Assembly (NCBI GenBank): GCA_002104905.1
Contig: MCFE01000144.1
Coordinates: 1-64,000, forward strand
Reading direction: 5' to 3'
Source of the DNA: Basidiobolus meristosporus CBS 931.73
Taxonomy: Eukaryota > Fungi > Basidiobolomycota
DNA length: 64,000 nt
Shown: positions 10,443 through 24,151 of the stretch, piece by piece
Numbering within the stretch: position 1 is the stretch's first letter
Layout: each line of letters begins with the position of its first letter
Program-made: the position numbers and the translations under genes
The notes under the pieces: generated by a model
What the model saw: only the letters and a program-made list of their open reading frames with translations
What the model was told of the DNA's origin: nothing
The model's database searches: none

Positions 10443-10931
10443 ATGCCATACGCACCTTTTGACTACAGCCTTCCCTACGCCTCCCTTAACTTACGCGAGC
10501 AACCTCACTTGTATCGAGTTGGTAAAGGGGAGCAAGGGGTTCTATTAGTTGAACCATACAAGTCGGAACTACTGCCTCTTTGGCGCTTCCGTACCCCGGA
10601 GATTGCCAGCGAATCCTCTGCGAAGCTACTAGAAAAGTTCGAAGAGTATAGGGAAACGGGGGATTTCGTCGGGATGGATATGGCACGGAAGTTTATACAA
10701 ATGGGAGTCACAAGAGCCCGACGTTATGCGAACCATAAAGGGGGAAGGAAATACCTCAAAACTAAGGTGGGAGGGAAGAAAATAGAGCTACCTAGAGATA
10801 AGGAGGACCCGGTTAAAGCAGAGTCGGCCAGGATCTTTGGGAAAGTTTTAAAACACGTGAAAGAAGACGAAAAGTATCAGAAACTGCTTCATGAACATCA
10901 ACAGAAATACACGTCGCAGGAAAAGAAATGA
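10443..10931 (+). CDS. DUF4385 family protein, intronless
   Basis: Motifs YRVGKGEQGVLLVEPYKSE, WRF.TPEIA and DFVGMDMARKFIQMG.TRARRYANHKGGRKY. Confidence 0.85.
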   Translation: MPYAPFDYSLPYASLNLREQPHLYRVGKGEQGVLLVEPYKSELLPLWRFRTPEIASESSAKLLEKFEEYRETGDFVGMDMARKFIQMGVTRARRYANHKGGRKYLKTKVGGKKIELPRDKEDPVKAESARIFGKVLKHVKEDEKYQKLLHEHQQKYTSQEKK

Positions 10932-11158
10932 ACATCGAGAGAAATGTCTCGCCGCTCTCACGAATATATATGGACACGGATCTATTCTTAGGTTACTGAT
11001 AGCAGCTTAGGTTTGGTACCGATAACAAACACGATAACAAACACAAATAGTATCCTTTCCAAATGGATTTTCCAAGAAAATTTGTATTTCGCCATCACCA
11101 CCAACATCCCACCATATAAAAGGCTAGATCATAACAATCATCAAAGTTTGTTTCAACC

Positions 11159-11964
11159 ATGGCAAATCTCTTTTCACTTGCGCTACTAGTGATCTTGATC
11201 TGTGTAACTCCCATGTGGGGACAGGGTGAGTCCTCCATATCTTGTATAGTCGGAATTGCCAGTACTAACTCCATATATCAGTCGGCGCCAGCTCTAGTAC
11301 CAGTGCGACCACAAGTGCTACCACCAGCAACCCTCCACCGACATCCAGCAATACAGGCAGCCCTTCGCCAACACCCAGTAGCACTTCATCAATATCCAGT
11401 AATAATACAAGCAGCTCAGACAGCCCTTCATCAACGTCTAGTGGGCTAGGCAGTGTTGAAACCGGAAGTGGTAACAACGATACTAGCGACTCGACTAATG
11501 GCTATCCTGGTAGGTTGACGATGATTGAGCCACATGTTGTTTGGCAACAACTCGTTCTTCTCCCTATCGGCAGAAACATCACATTCAAATGGGACTACAA
11601 CAACGATCTAAAGGTTCAACCGAAGAAATTGAGTATCACGCTGCAACTCCCTGGCTCTCGAAACCAATACCCCCTCGCTTTGAACATCTCGGGTGATACC
11701 AAAGAGTGGGTTTGGGATACAAACGAATGGAGCCAGTCGAACCCACCATTGGTACAAGGTATAGGCTATGAGCTACATATCTTTGACCAACGTGGTGAAA
11801 CCGCCCACTATGAGCCTGGACACCTACTTCCATACACTCTTCCATTTCACATGTACAAGTTCAACTCCCAACCCATTCCTCCATCTGAACTATCATCAGC
11901 CATCTCCCTGAGTGGCAGTATCAGCACATTGGTCCTATGTATGTTGATGCTCTTCTTATTATAG
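11159..11964 (+). CDS. Secreted Ser/Thr-rich, probably GPI-anchored cell-surface protein (2 exons)
   Basis: Signal peptide MANLFSLALLVILICVTPMWG. Intron 11226-11281 (GTGAGT...TACTAAC...CAG). Then an S/T-rich linker, a beta-rich domain (ITFKWDY...WVWDT) and a hydrophobic C-terminus. Confidence 0.75.
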
Positions 11965-11990
11965 CCAATTTTACTAATAAACAAATAACA

Positions 11991-14214
11991 CTATGTTGAC
12001 TGGGAAAAATCGGGACATGGCTCGCACAGCAGCTCCTTTTTGAGTCCCTTGCGGGAGCGGAATCTCTTTCCATTGCTCTTGTTTACTAGCCTGTAGAGGC
12101 TAGCGAATGCAAGAGAGACACAGCCCACCCATAAGACCAACAACATCAGGATATTCTCGGCGATTGAGAATCCTCCGTCCAACGAAAGAGACCGAAGCTG
12201 CTGTTCACCAACTGATTGACCCAGGATCACCAAATCAGTGAATTGGTTTTTAGCCAACGCAGCAAAGCCGTATTTTATGGGGGATATCCACTGGATCCAA
12301 GCAAAATAGGCAGGTGCGGAGCCGTTGTTTACAAGCAAGCCACCAAACATCATCAAAGGCAAAACGATTGCCGGGGTGATCGCCAGAGCTATCTGGAGCC
12401 TCTTGAAGAACGAGCCGAGAAGAATCCCCAGCGCAGACCCACAGAGAGCCACCATCACATTGACCAGCATGTAAATGAAAAACTTGCCAGCATCGGCCTG
12501 GAGCCCGATCATCCAATAGGTTATTGAGGAGAATATGATTGGCATGATGATGTTGATGGGTAGCTCGACGATGATTTTCGAGAAGAAGTAGGCGCTGACA
12601 CTGTAGTACCCGCCTCCGTGCTCGCGTAAAAGCACGTTTCTCTCTTCGGCGAAGATCGAGATGGTGGGCATGGCGGTGGAAAATACCTGGTTGGTCCCGG
12701 CAAGGAACAGCGCTCCAGACATGTCCTGTAGCTGCGCAGCCACCGTGTCTTTGTTGGTGACCCTCAGGTAGATCAACCCGATCAACAGCGAGAAGAACAC
12801 CGTTTGGAAGAGCTTCACTCGGAAGATCATCTTGTTACGGAAAGCATTCCTGCTCGCGCGTTTGAGGAGGTAGTTGAACTGCGTCGAGAAGGCACTCCGG
12901 TATTTGAACATCTTTGGGGTGATCGGGCTCAGAAGGGGGTGTGTTGTTGTCTGCTCTACTGTCGCCGCCAACGCGGAGCATTTCCAGGCTTCGAGCACGT
13001 CTCCCAAGCGCTTCCTCTCGGTTTCCGTCGCTTTCTCGTTGCTGTCGACTTCGGGGTCGAAGCGGAATAAGACATTCATGAATATGAAATCGGCAGGGTT
13101 GGTGTACAGCGGGCATGGATATCCAATGGACCGGTAGTACTCAACTGATTGGCTGGTCTCTCCGGAGAAAGTGATCTAGGCAATGGGGGTCAACGTCGTC
13201 CGCGAACACCGAATCCACCTCTCCTTACCTGGCCGTCCTTCAGGATCATCAGGTCGTCAAACATATGGAAAATCTCCGAAGAAGGTTGGTGCATCACCGC
13301 AACAACTGTGCGCCCACTTTGAGCCAGCACCTTCAATGTGTGCACCACCATCATAGCGGTATAAGCATCCTAATCCAAACTTCAGCATCTGAGCTTGAAT
13401 TGATTGGGCATTGCACATACTGACCAACCCTGAGGTAGGCTCATCCAAGAAGAGAATCGATGGATCAGTCACCATCTCCATGGCTATGGCGGTTCGCTTC
13501 CTCTCTCCACCTTGATTGGCTCGTTAGAGATCGATGTGGATAGGCTCAATGCGAGAATAGTTCTACCTGAGATGCCTTTTTTGGTGGCTGTTCCAATGAT
13601 GGTGTCCGCGGCATTTTCAAGCTGAAGGAGCGATAGGATCTCGTCTAGCTTTGCCCTGGCCGCGTCGTCATCCATATTAGGGATTCGAAGCTTGATGGAC
13701 ATAAAGATAGCCTCGCGTACTGTCATGGTCCCCAGAATGAGGTCGTCTTGGAAAACAAACCCCGACACCAATCTGATTGCTGGGCCACTGACTCTCCTAC
13801 CGTTCGCGTACAGCCCTCCACTCACTTTGCCTCCTGTTGTGGCACCGGCCTGCCAATCATATAAGTGTGATGAGCGAAGATGAGCCTGAGAAAGGTACAC
13901 TGACCAACACGTTGAGCAGACTCGTTTTTCCCGAACCGCTTGGTCTAGTTAAGAGCGTAAGTTGAGGTTGGGAATGGGCAACAAGCAGACAGGCCGTACC
14001 CTAACACCGCAGTCAAACGCCCGGGCTGAAATACCCCAGTCAACTGCTTCAGAATAACCTTCTCTTTGGTGGGCCGCTTTGAGAAGAAATGAGGCTTTTT
14101 ATCGTCCGACGGGACCTCCACGGAGTATGTAAGGTCTCTAAAAGTAACTTGAATGGGCTCGGCAGTAGTCTTGGTAAGCATTCCTACCACACACTCTTCT
14201 TTACCCTTCTCCAT
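11991..14214 (-). CDS. ABCG (White-like) half-size ABC transporter, 6 exons
   Basis: After removing 5 GT-AG introns: Walker [18 protein letters not shown], signature [13 protein letters not shown], Walker [18 protein letters not shown], then a C-terminal ABC2 membrane domain. Confidence 0.93.
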
Positions 14215-15132
14215 GGTGAAACTAGATTGGAAATAAGATTGGGATAGGTCTGGAGTATGGCCGACTCTTATATCGATTCTTTCCTTCCCAATGCCTCCAG
14301 TCGTGTGGTGACATTTGACCAAGTTCTTGGTGGTACACCCGCGTTTACAGCCACTATTTGGCTGTGTTTGTCATAAAGATGATGTCTCACCAAACCCTAA
14401 ATAGAACGATCGAGCTCCACTCTCGGATAAATGGGCTTTCTCCCTCCCATCATGTGACTCGATCCGCCAACCCAGTTCTCTATGCGCACACTATACACAT
14501 TCCATGTACAATTAATCAGCTTGCTAAAGTGTTCGAACACTCACGCTGAAGATACATCCAACTGCTGAAATGACCATATTGCCATTTATGGAGTAGACCA
14601 ATCAGCTTCTTTTCCAGAGCCAGATCGGCATTCAAAGATCAAGGGAAATATGGGAGTTTAACGATATAATGCCATAATATACACAATGAATTGTGGTTGG
14701 ATCACAAATTGAGAATACATATATATATTTTAGGTTGACTGCTCGTTTCGTTTCATCAGCCAGATCCATTAATAGACTGATTCTCATCGTATAATGTAGA
14801 GCTCCTTCATAAGAATGCCCGTCATGGTCAATTAAGGAATTAATGGAATCAGGTTCTTTAATAGCTCCTGAATTTTTTTGGCAATTCTGATACTGTTTTC
14901 TTTGTCTTGAACTCATTCTCCTTTTTCCTCTAAAGCCCTCGCTTCTTTATGTTTGTGGTTGTCAACAAATAATCCCTTTTCTCCCAACCACGACTCATTT
15001 CTACAAGTAACCCTGCTTTATCCCACATTTTCTTCCTAAAGCACGACACCCAGAGTTTACTCAAGTCCGTGCCAGTGCCTTTCAACTTGACGGGCTTTCC
15101 CACGCGCTCTAATTTATTGGGACTTGTTCATA

Positions 15133-16776
15133 ATGGCCCACCATTACCGTTCGGGGAGCTCTCATCCGACTTATCCTTCACCAACAGTTGTTGGGGTTCA
15201 TTTTAGAGTAGGAAAGAAAATTGGGGAGGGAAGCTTTGGAATTATATATGAAGGTATTCCAGATTGAAAATGCGTTATCCTTGTTGACTTGGTTTTAAGC
15301 TTTGGACTTTACTTCAGGAGTGAATCTCATTAACAATCAGCCTGTTGCCATCAAATTCGTATCTTTTTTTGCTAGCTCTCGCATAGTTGTCACCTACGTT
15401 GTGCCTGGTATTTTCTTTGATTCACCATGTCCAATAGGAACCACGTAAAACCGACGCTCCACAACTTCGGGATGAATTTCGGAGCTACAAAATCATGGCG
15501 GGAACCCGTAAGTGAACCACATATTCGCCATGCGTTTTAAGCCTCTGGACTTACCCACGGCTAGCGGGAATACCTGCTGTGCATTATTTCGGACAGGAGG
15601 GGATGCATAACGTGCTCGTCATAGATTTATTGGGACATAGCCTCGAGGACCTTTTCGACATCTGTAGAAGAAAGTTTAGCGTCAAGACCGTGGCAATCCT
15701 TGCTAAGCAAATGGTGTGTTTTCTCCGAGAAACATCACAGCTTGTCATGTCGACTAACATAACTTGTAGATCACCCGTGTTCAAGCCGTTCACGACCACA
15801 ATCTAATTTATCGCGATATTAAGCCAGACAATTTTCTTATTGGAAGGCCGCACACAAAACACGCCAACTCTGTATATATGGTCGACTTCGGGATGGCAAA
15901 GCTGTATCGGGACCCCAAGACAATGCAACACATCCCCTACCGGGAGAAGAAAAGCCTCAGTGGGACTGCCAGATACATGAGCATCAACACACATCTAGGG
16001 CGAGGTTAGTAATTAAACGATCGTTAGCCGTAGGGGGTGCTGATCTTTTGATGCTTTCATAGAACAATCAAGACGAGATGACCTCGAATCACTAGGGCAT
16101 GTATTCATGTATTTCCTTCGCGGGTCCTTACCGTGGCAAGGCCTCAAAGCAGCTACCAATAAGCAGAAGTACGAGAAAATTGGAGAGAAGAAGCAAACCA
16201 CACCTGTCCAAGAGCTTTGCCAAGGGTTTCCAGGTTCGTATGTGTTCACCGTGAGACATGCATAGCATTCCCGTACTGATCGACCACGATGCAGAGGAGT
16301 TTGCCACATACCTTACATACACTCGTAAGCTTGGGTTCGAGGAAACTCCAGACTACGATTACCTTCGTGGGCTATTTGACCGTGTTCTTCAAAGTGTGGG
16401 TGCGCAACATGGCGAAGTGTGTGATTGGATGCTACCGGATAATCGTAGCCGCCTCGAGAGCCACGACCAAAAACTACGGCCCTCGGACGTGGCACGGCTT
16501 AACACTGCGCGAGGCACCACGTCTCAGCTCCATAGCGATCGTCACTACCGCCAGGGCCATCTCGAAGCATCCCGTGCCTCGAACCAGCATAGCTCTTCAC
16601 ACCCCACCCGCACCAGAATCAACCCACCCGTCAACCAACATTTCTTGCATACCAACCACAAATACCTTGGCAGAGACGAGCCTCGTATACAAAACATCAC
16701 CCCTCCATACATGGATAAGAAGGGGTTCTGGGAGAGGTTGATGGATCTAGTGCTGTGTCGAACCTGTACTGGCTGA
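15133..16776 (+). CDS. Casein kinase I (gamma/Cki-Yck type), 7 exons
   Basis: Motifs [56 protein letters not shown] and [12 protein letters not shown]. The C-terminus is Cys-containing (LVLCRTCTG). Six introns located. Confidence 0.95.
15359..15437 (+). other. Candidate U12-type (minor) GT-AG intron, CK1 intron 2
   Basis: 5' splice site GTATCTTTT; branch-like TTTTCTTTGAT with its A 17 nt before the 3' AG. Confidence 0.55.
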
Positions 16777-17078
16777 GTACATGCCAGCACCCAGGATTCC
16801 CTTTCACTATCATTTCCCTTTCATTCACCATTTCCATCAGCTAGTTTATTCTTTAGAGCACCACGCAAATGTCGTAGGGGGATACGGATCAAGTGTACAC
16901 TGATTTCTCAAGACTGCAGCTAGACAGCCCAGAAATCTTCTCCCTAATAGTTCGGATTGATCCCATTCCATGTATTTACCCTATGTATTTACCCAGAATC
17001 ATTAAAATTATCCATGGTAGCACGAAAATTTTCCATCCACAAAATAGCTCTCTTCCACACCCGAGCTGGTCCCAGCAC

Positions 17079-18410
<1,332 letters not shown>

Positions 18411-18483
18411 AAACCATTCTGGTCAAACTTTATTCTAGATAGAAAGGATGCGACAGAGAGTCGTAGAGCCAAATGTACAAGTA

Positions 18484-19903
18484 TCAGACTTTGGCCAGCC
18501 CCACCAGCCAAAGAAACCCAACAACCCAGCATGTCAGGGCGGGCGCAGCCAGCACGTACGCGTAAAGCAACAGCTGCGCTGTTTGATCCTCCAGATATCC
18601 TTCAGTTTGGCAGATGTTGATCAGGTTGATGGCAGTGGGACTGCTACCAAGGATCATCATGGTTAGAAGGAACAATGGGTCATCCCCTAGGCTGAAGAGA
18701 TGTCTGCTGGCCATGACAATCCCGGCTGCCACTACCGGCATGAGCAGCAGGCGTACCACCAAGACGTAAACAAGGGATCTTTGGATTCTCTGGCCTTTTC
18801 CAAACAGGCCGTTTAACTGGGAGCCAAGGCATAGTAGTATTAGTGGTATGGAAGCATTCCCGGTGGCTTCCACTGCCCGGGTTAATGGCCTCAATATCGG
18901 ATTCTCCCCGAACATCGCCTCCCGAACTGGGTTGATCAACCCTACGATCAGTCCGATGAATGTGGCGGTGAGTGGAGGATTCAACATCTTTTTGATGCTA
19001 ATTGCCATTTTCTTGACCCTGCTCCAGATTCGGCTCTGCCTAGTCTCTACGGATAAGCCTGCGTCTTGCATTCCATCCGACTCCACCACCGTCAATACCG
19101 AGTCCAACTGTTTCGTTGATGAGTAGATCTTCACCTCATCCACCACGGAGTCAGGCTGGGTCAGGATGGAATTCTGATCTTGAGCGTCAAGCTCCTCCAG
19201 CTCCTTGGGCTTTTTTAGCAAACTCATCCCGTAGCTGAAGCGGAGGAAGTTACCTAGGATTGCAAAGACGACAATGTACGAAATCCCTCTGGTTCAACCG
19301 GGAGTTAGTATCGTTGGCGGAGAAATTGAAGTGGCCCTTTCATACCTCGCTTCAATCTGCTGGGATGTCTCGTTGCCGTGCCACTGCAGTAGGAGAGAGG
19401 CTGAGCTTCCAGCCAGGCTCTGGATCAGGGGGATGGGAAGACTGTTTGTATTCGGAAACATGGTAGCTGCTTGAGAGAAGTTCCTCTCCTCACTGCTAAA
19501 CTTGAAGATAAACGAAGTGATATATGTGATAATGACGGTGGCGATGGTGAACACAAGCGAGTACACAGGGATAGGCCAATACTCCATGAGTATGGATGGC
19601 GAGATGCTAGATGCCACGTTCACAAATAACAGGCATGGCGTGAGGAAATTCAGGTTCAGTGCCGAGAGAAACTAAAGCATCAAAGGTGAGCTGGGGACCG
19701 TTCAGCGAAACTCCCATCCACAAACCTTTTGGTATGAGGGAGTTAGCCATCCGTGCCTGCACAAAAACACTCCTGCTCCGCAGGTGATTGCGATCTGTAT
19801 GATGGCCTGTCAACGAAAGACGGTTTAGCTAAATGGCAGCGTAGGAAGGCCGCTCGCAAGAACCCACCTCGCTGCTGGCTCTCACAAGCTTCAGTACATC
19901 CAT
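18484..19903 (-). CDS. Auxin-efflux-carrier (Mem_trans/PILS-like) family membrane transporter, 4 exons
   Basis: Spliced sequence MDVLKLVRASSE|AIIQIAITCGAG...LNLNFLTPCLLF...FPNTNSLPIPLIQSL...NPPL...GNASIPLILLCLGSQL...SPTAINL; many transmembrane segments. Confidence 0.88.
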
Positions 19904-21867
19904 TTGGACTGGTATCAAAGTGATAAATAGAAAGATCCACCTTGTGAGAGGGAGAAATGATGTCGATTGTACAATGAGCCAGCATGCGCCTGGTTTTTAT
20001 ATACAGACCTGATGCAGCCATGTATGAGGTCGAATAATCCCAGGAAGATGTAACAGGCAGGAAGAGTGCAGCTTTCATCAGGAATACTCGGCTCCGAAAT
20101 CCATAACACACGTTTGGTTCATTTTCTTGCATTATCAGCCATCTCCTTAACGTACGGAGCCCTGGACCCGAAAACCCCACGAACACACCCGTGACATTTA
20201 TTCTCCTTTACATTAGTCTAAACGCTGGCCCATGAGATAACCCGGAAGATTAAGCAACAATGGAAATTCCAAGCGCCAGTACATGTCTAGGATCGTCGTA
20301 TTCTCGATGGCCAATGGGACCAGTCGGACTTCGAAACGTCCTCATTACATTTGTTACACTATACACCGACCATGAGCACACACACAAGAATGTGTAAATC
20401 CCCTGCAAGATCGACACCGCCCGCCCTGCGTCTAATCTATGTTACGCAACTCCACTGGGCGGTGACGGTGTGCAGCAAGTGAAGCGGCCTCGTAAGAACA
20501 AACAGATGGGGGCCTCGATACTAGTGTCATCTTGGTTCAGTCTCAAACCACCCTGCTAACCCAAAGAAGACGCAAGCGAGCAGAGTGATCTGGAATAGGG
20601 CGGATTCCCGGGATGCTCTGGAATATTAGTTTCTGGTCGATGGATGGCATGAGCGAACGAGTCAATGAAAATCGCCGCTTGAAAACATGCAACGAGGGTG
20701 CCGATACAAACGCGTATTCAGTGCACCGCTTTCCATAAATAAGCAGCCATCTGAGCCAAGTCCATAAATAACAATACGGGGATTGGATCACTTTCAGGGG
20801 CAAGAGACACGAATTCCGTTTACCCTTTCGGCTCCTCACCGCGCGATTGGCCAGACTCTTACTGTGTTACATTTGCGGAGGTGGTTGAGATAATTGGTTC
20901 CCAAATCGAGATAATTTCACTGAAACCTGTATGCGATCGATATTTTCAGTGAGGAAAGTTTAATCTAAGGCGGCGCGTAAAGGTTATTGTTGTATTAAGT
21001 TTTTCCTTAAACCAGGCATGGACCTGCTCGAATGATGCCCAGCTTCTTTTTCATTCCCCATTCTGGCTGAACTATTTGGCATCATGAATGAAACCACCGA
21101 GGTCGAGAATTCCGGTTTGATTTTGATTGCTCCCCTTACTGATCTCTCCTTTATATTCGGAAGCGCTGTTTGGTCAGCCTAGCTTCTCTTTTCTTCGTTC
21201 CCTCATTTTATTCCCTATCCGCCTCCCTAATTACCGCCGCTCCTCTGCTTTGATGAGTAACTGTGTTTCCTCTCTGCTTTTCTAAGTGCCTTTTCCTCTC
21301 TCTCTGCTATTTTGCCCTCGCTTGAAGCAGCAACCACAACTAAAGTGAGCGTCTACTGTTCAGGTGTAGCACGTATACCCCACGGGAATCGAGTGACAAT
21401 AATCTTCAGCAACCACGAGGCGACCTGTTTTGGCTTTTGTAATTCCCTCGCTAATACCTAATATAATACCGGCCTTTTCACCCCTTCGCTTCTCCAATCG
21501 AGCCTATTATCCATTTATTCTCGCCAACCGCACGAAAGCGCGCCCAAATACTCCATAGATAGCTTATCTCTGGAAACCAAAAAAATCCCCCATGACCGGC
21601 ACAACGGGCGAAGTCGATTCCCGATTCACCAGAAACCGCGAAAGAGAACCTGTATCGGTAAGCGTGGCTCACTCACTGGACATGGGCTGGTATGCTTATT
21701 CCTCTGTTTTAGCGGCTCAAGGCGTCCATACAACGCCAGAGCCATAGGCTGAGTTTTTTTGTCAACAAGCCACTCACACGGGAGCCTTCCATCAAAGTAA
21801 GAGACATTGCCCAGGCCGGTTGGCCCGCCCCTTCTCGGTGGTAATCCTGTTTTGCTTACTGTAGACG

Positions 21868-23703
21868 ATGAGCACCGCCCCCGCCACGGCGGATTATTCA
21901 AAGCAGATAGGCGATTTGTTGATGGCGGATGATTTCAAGCTCTTGGTAGCAATCTGCCAGACGACCATAAGCGGCGACTCCGCGGCCCAGTTCGCCAAAT
22001 CGATCGTTGTCTGGTTGAAGCAAGAAGACTCGAGCTGGCTCGAGTACTTCCTCAAACGAATCCTGAAGCAGAAGATGACCGAAAACTGTAAGGGCGCATC
22101 CGATTCCTCGCTGTTCACTTTCCAGATTACTGAACCAATCTTTCAGATGCCAAAGGGCTGGACGCAAGCGACACGCTGCGGGAAAACTGCATGACCACGA
22201 AGCTGATCAACTCCTTCCTCTGGTACGAGGGCCAGGACTACCTTGTCGAGTCGCTGCATCGTACCATCCTCTCCATCCACTCGTTCGCGCTGAATTGCGA
22301 GATCGACGGGTTCCGGTTGGGGAGAGATTGCTCGTCACAGCAGATCGAGGAGCACAAGGACTATCTGGAGAAGGCGTGTGTGATGCTGCTGGCCTCCATG
22401 GTGGGGAACCAGCACAAGATGCCCGCTTCGTTTCGACGCCTCTGCCACTTCATGAAAACCGAGATCGAGAATACGTGGGGCCCGATGGCGGCGAAGCCCA
22501 GGGTGGATCCAGACGAGCCAAGGTCCAACCGCGCGTCGTTTACCATGGGGAACTACTGGAAAAGGCTCTCCAGCGAAATCGCCACCTCCATCTCCAAAAC
22601 CAACGGGTACATGATGAAGGGGGACGAGGCGGAACAGAAGCGCCCGCTGTCCGAGATCTACTACTACTCGGCCGGCAAGGACCTCAAGTCCAATCGAAGC
22701 TCGGGATCCTGGAAGCAGGATACGTTGATGTCCGCATCCGAGAAGGCGGTTGGGAGCCTTTTGTTTTTGAGATTCTTCATCCCAGGTAAGTCGGTCGGCT
22801 ACGATCTTCCGATGTATGGATATGCAGCTGACTCGTTTCGCCAGCCATCATCTCCCCCGAGCACTACCGGTTGGTTGATGGGTGCGTCACCCCCGAGGAG
22901 CGTCGGGGGTTCTTGCTGTGCGCCAAGGTGCTTACTGGTATGTGCAACAACGTGGACTTTGGGAAGAAAGAGGCGTACATTCGAATCATGAATCCGTTCA
23001 TCCATGAGTACCGGGCAATGATCAGGTCCTTCGTGAAGTTCGCGTCCGCCAGCTCGTTGGTATGTGTTCCGCACCTGCCTCCATCATCGGCAGCAGCCGC
23101 CCTCTAACCCGTTTGCGTCCACGCAGGGAAGCAACCGGAGACGCCCCAACATGGAGGAATTCCAGGCGACCCTCCACTCCGGCCTCTCGAAAACCGGAGT
23201 CAGTGACGACCTGATCAGCTTCCTGGACTCTAATCTAGGCAAGATCGAGAAAGACTTGCAAGGGGCCACGCAGCTCTTTTCGGTGACCGAGTCTGAGGTA
23301 GACGAGGGGCTTCGCCGGTTGCATCTCCATCTTGCTGACCTTGTGTTTGTAGGGCATAATGAACAACTTCGGCTCCCTGAAGGCGCTCGTGAGCGAACGC
23401 ATGCGAGAGCGTCAATGCCAGCAAGCGGCCAAGCAGCCCGCCCCACAGCCCAGCTCCGTGTACCGATTCATTCGGAGGTTTGGATTCTTCCAGTCAAAAC
23501 CCAAGGTCGAGGAGCTAAGCAAAGGTAGGCCTAATCAATCCCCCTCCACTCCCGGATGCTCACCGAATCTGGAATCTAGAGAACCACCCGGAGCCATGTA
23601 TAACGCCGAACCTAACCTCATCCATTAATCAGCAGCAGTACATGAATTGGACCTAACCCTAACCATAACCCCAGCCGTTTGTGTTTGTTCAGAAAAGCGT
23701 TAA
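21868..23703 (+). CDS. RasGAP-domain protein, multi-exon
   Basis: Arginine-finger-like TLRENCMTTKL, FLR motif VGSLLFLRFFIPAIISPE, and CAKVLTGMCNNVDFGKKEAYI..MNPFI. The last exon and stop are tentative. Confidence 0.8.
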
Positions 23704-24151
23704 ACATGAGATTTTATTCCCATCACCACCAACTCCCTCGCCAACTCCCTCCCCAACTCCCTTGTCCTCACCCTCACCCTCACCCCTCCCCTCGCCATGG
23801 CCATCACTATCCAAATCAATGGACGGCTATTGTCGCAACGGCTTTCAATAAATCCATTCACAACCCTAAATCCGACCTCAAATTCTCCCTTGAAATCGAT
23901 CTGGGGAATCACCTGATTGGCCGGTGGGGCGGACTCCGGCCTAGTGAAAAGTAATCTCCCTTGGGAATTCTCACTTCTTTCCTTTATTTTCTGGCCTTTG
24001 GCTGTACCCCCCCTTTTTCCTCAAACAACTGATTATGTAAGTAGATTTCCTAGTACTCATCCATGGTCCGCAACCGCATCCATCCATGGCCTTGGTGATG
24101 TCGACCGTAACGTGAGACCCGTTCGCTCACTCCCCTTTCCCCCTTCTAGCA

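Noticed and set aside
14550-14960. Degraded coding-like sequence on the minus strand between the ABCG and CK1 promoters
   Set aside because: Multiple stops and no identifiable family.
20414-20471. GC-rich hairpin (acaccg/ccgccc pairing with gggcgg/cggtgt)
   Set aside because: A single stem with no ncRNA or riboswitch consensus; expected by chance in GC-rich promoter DNA.
23652-23671. Telomere-like cctaaccctaaccataaccc in the last RasGAP intron
   Set aside because: Only about three imperfect units, and they overlap plausible branch-point (CTAAC) sequence.
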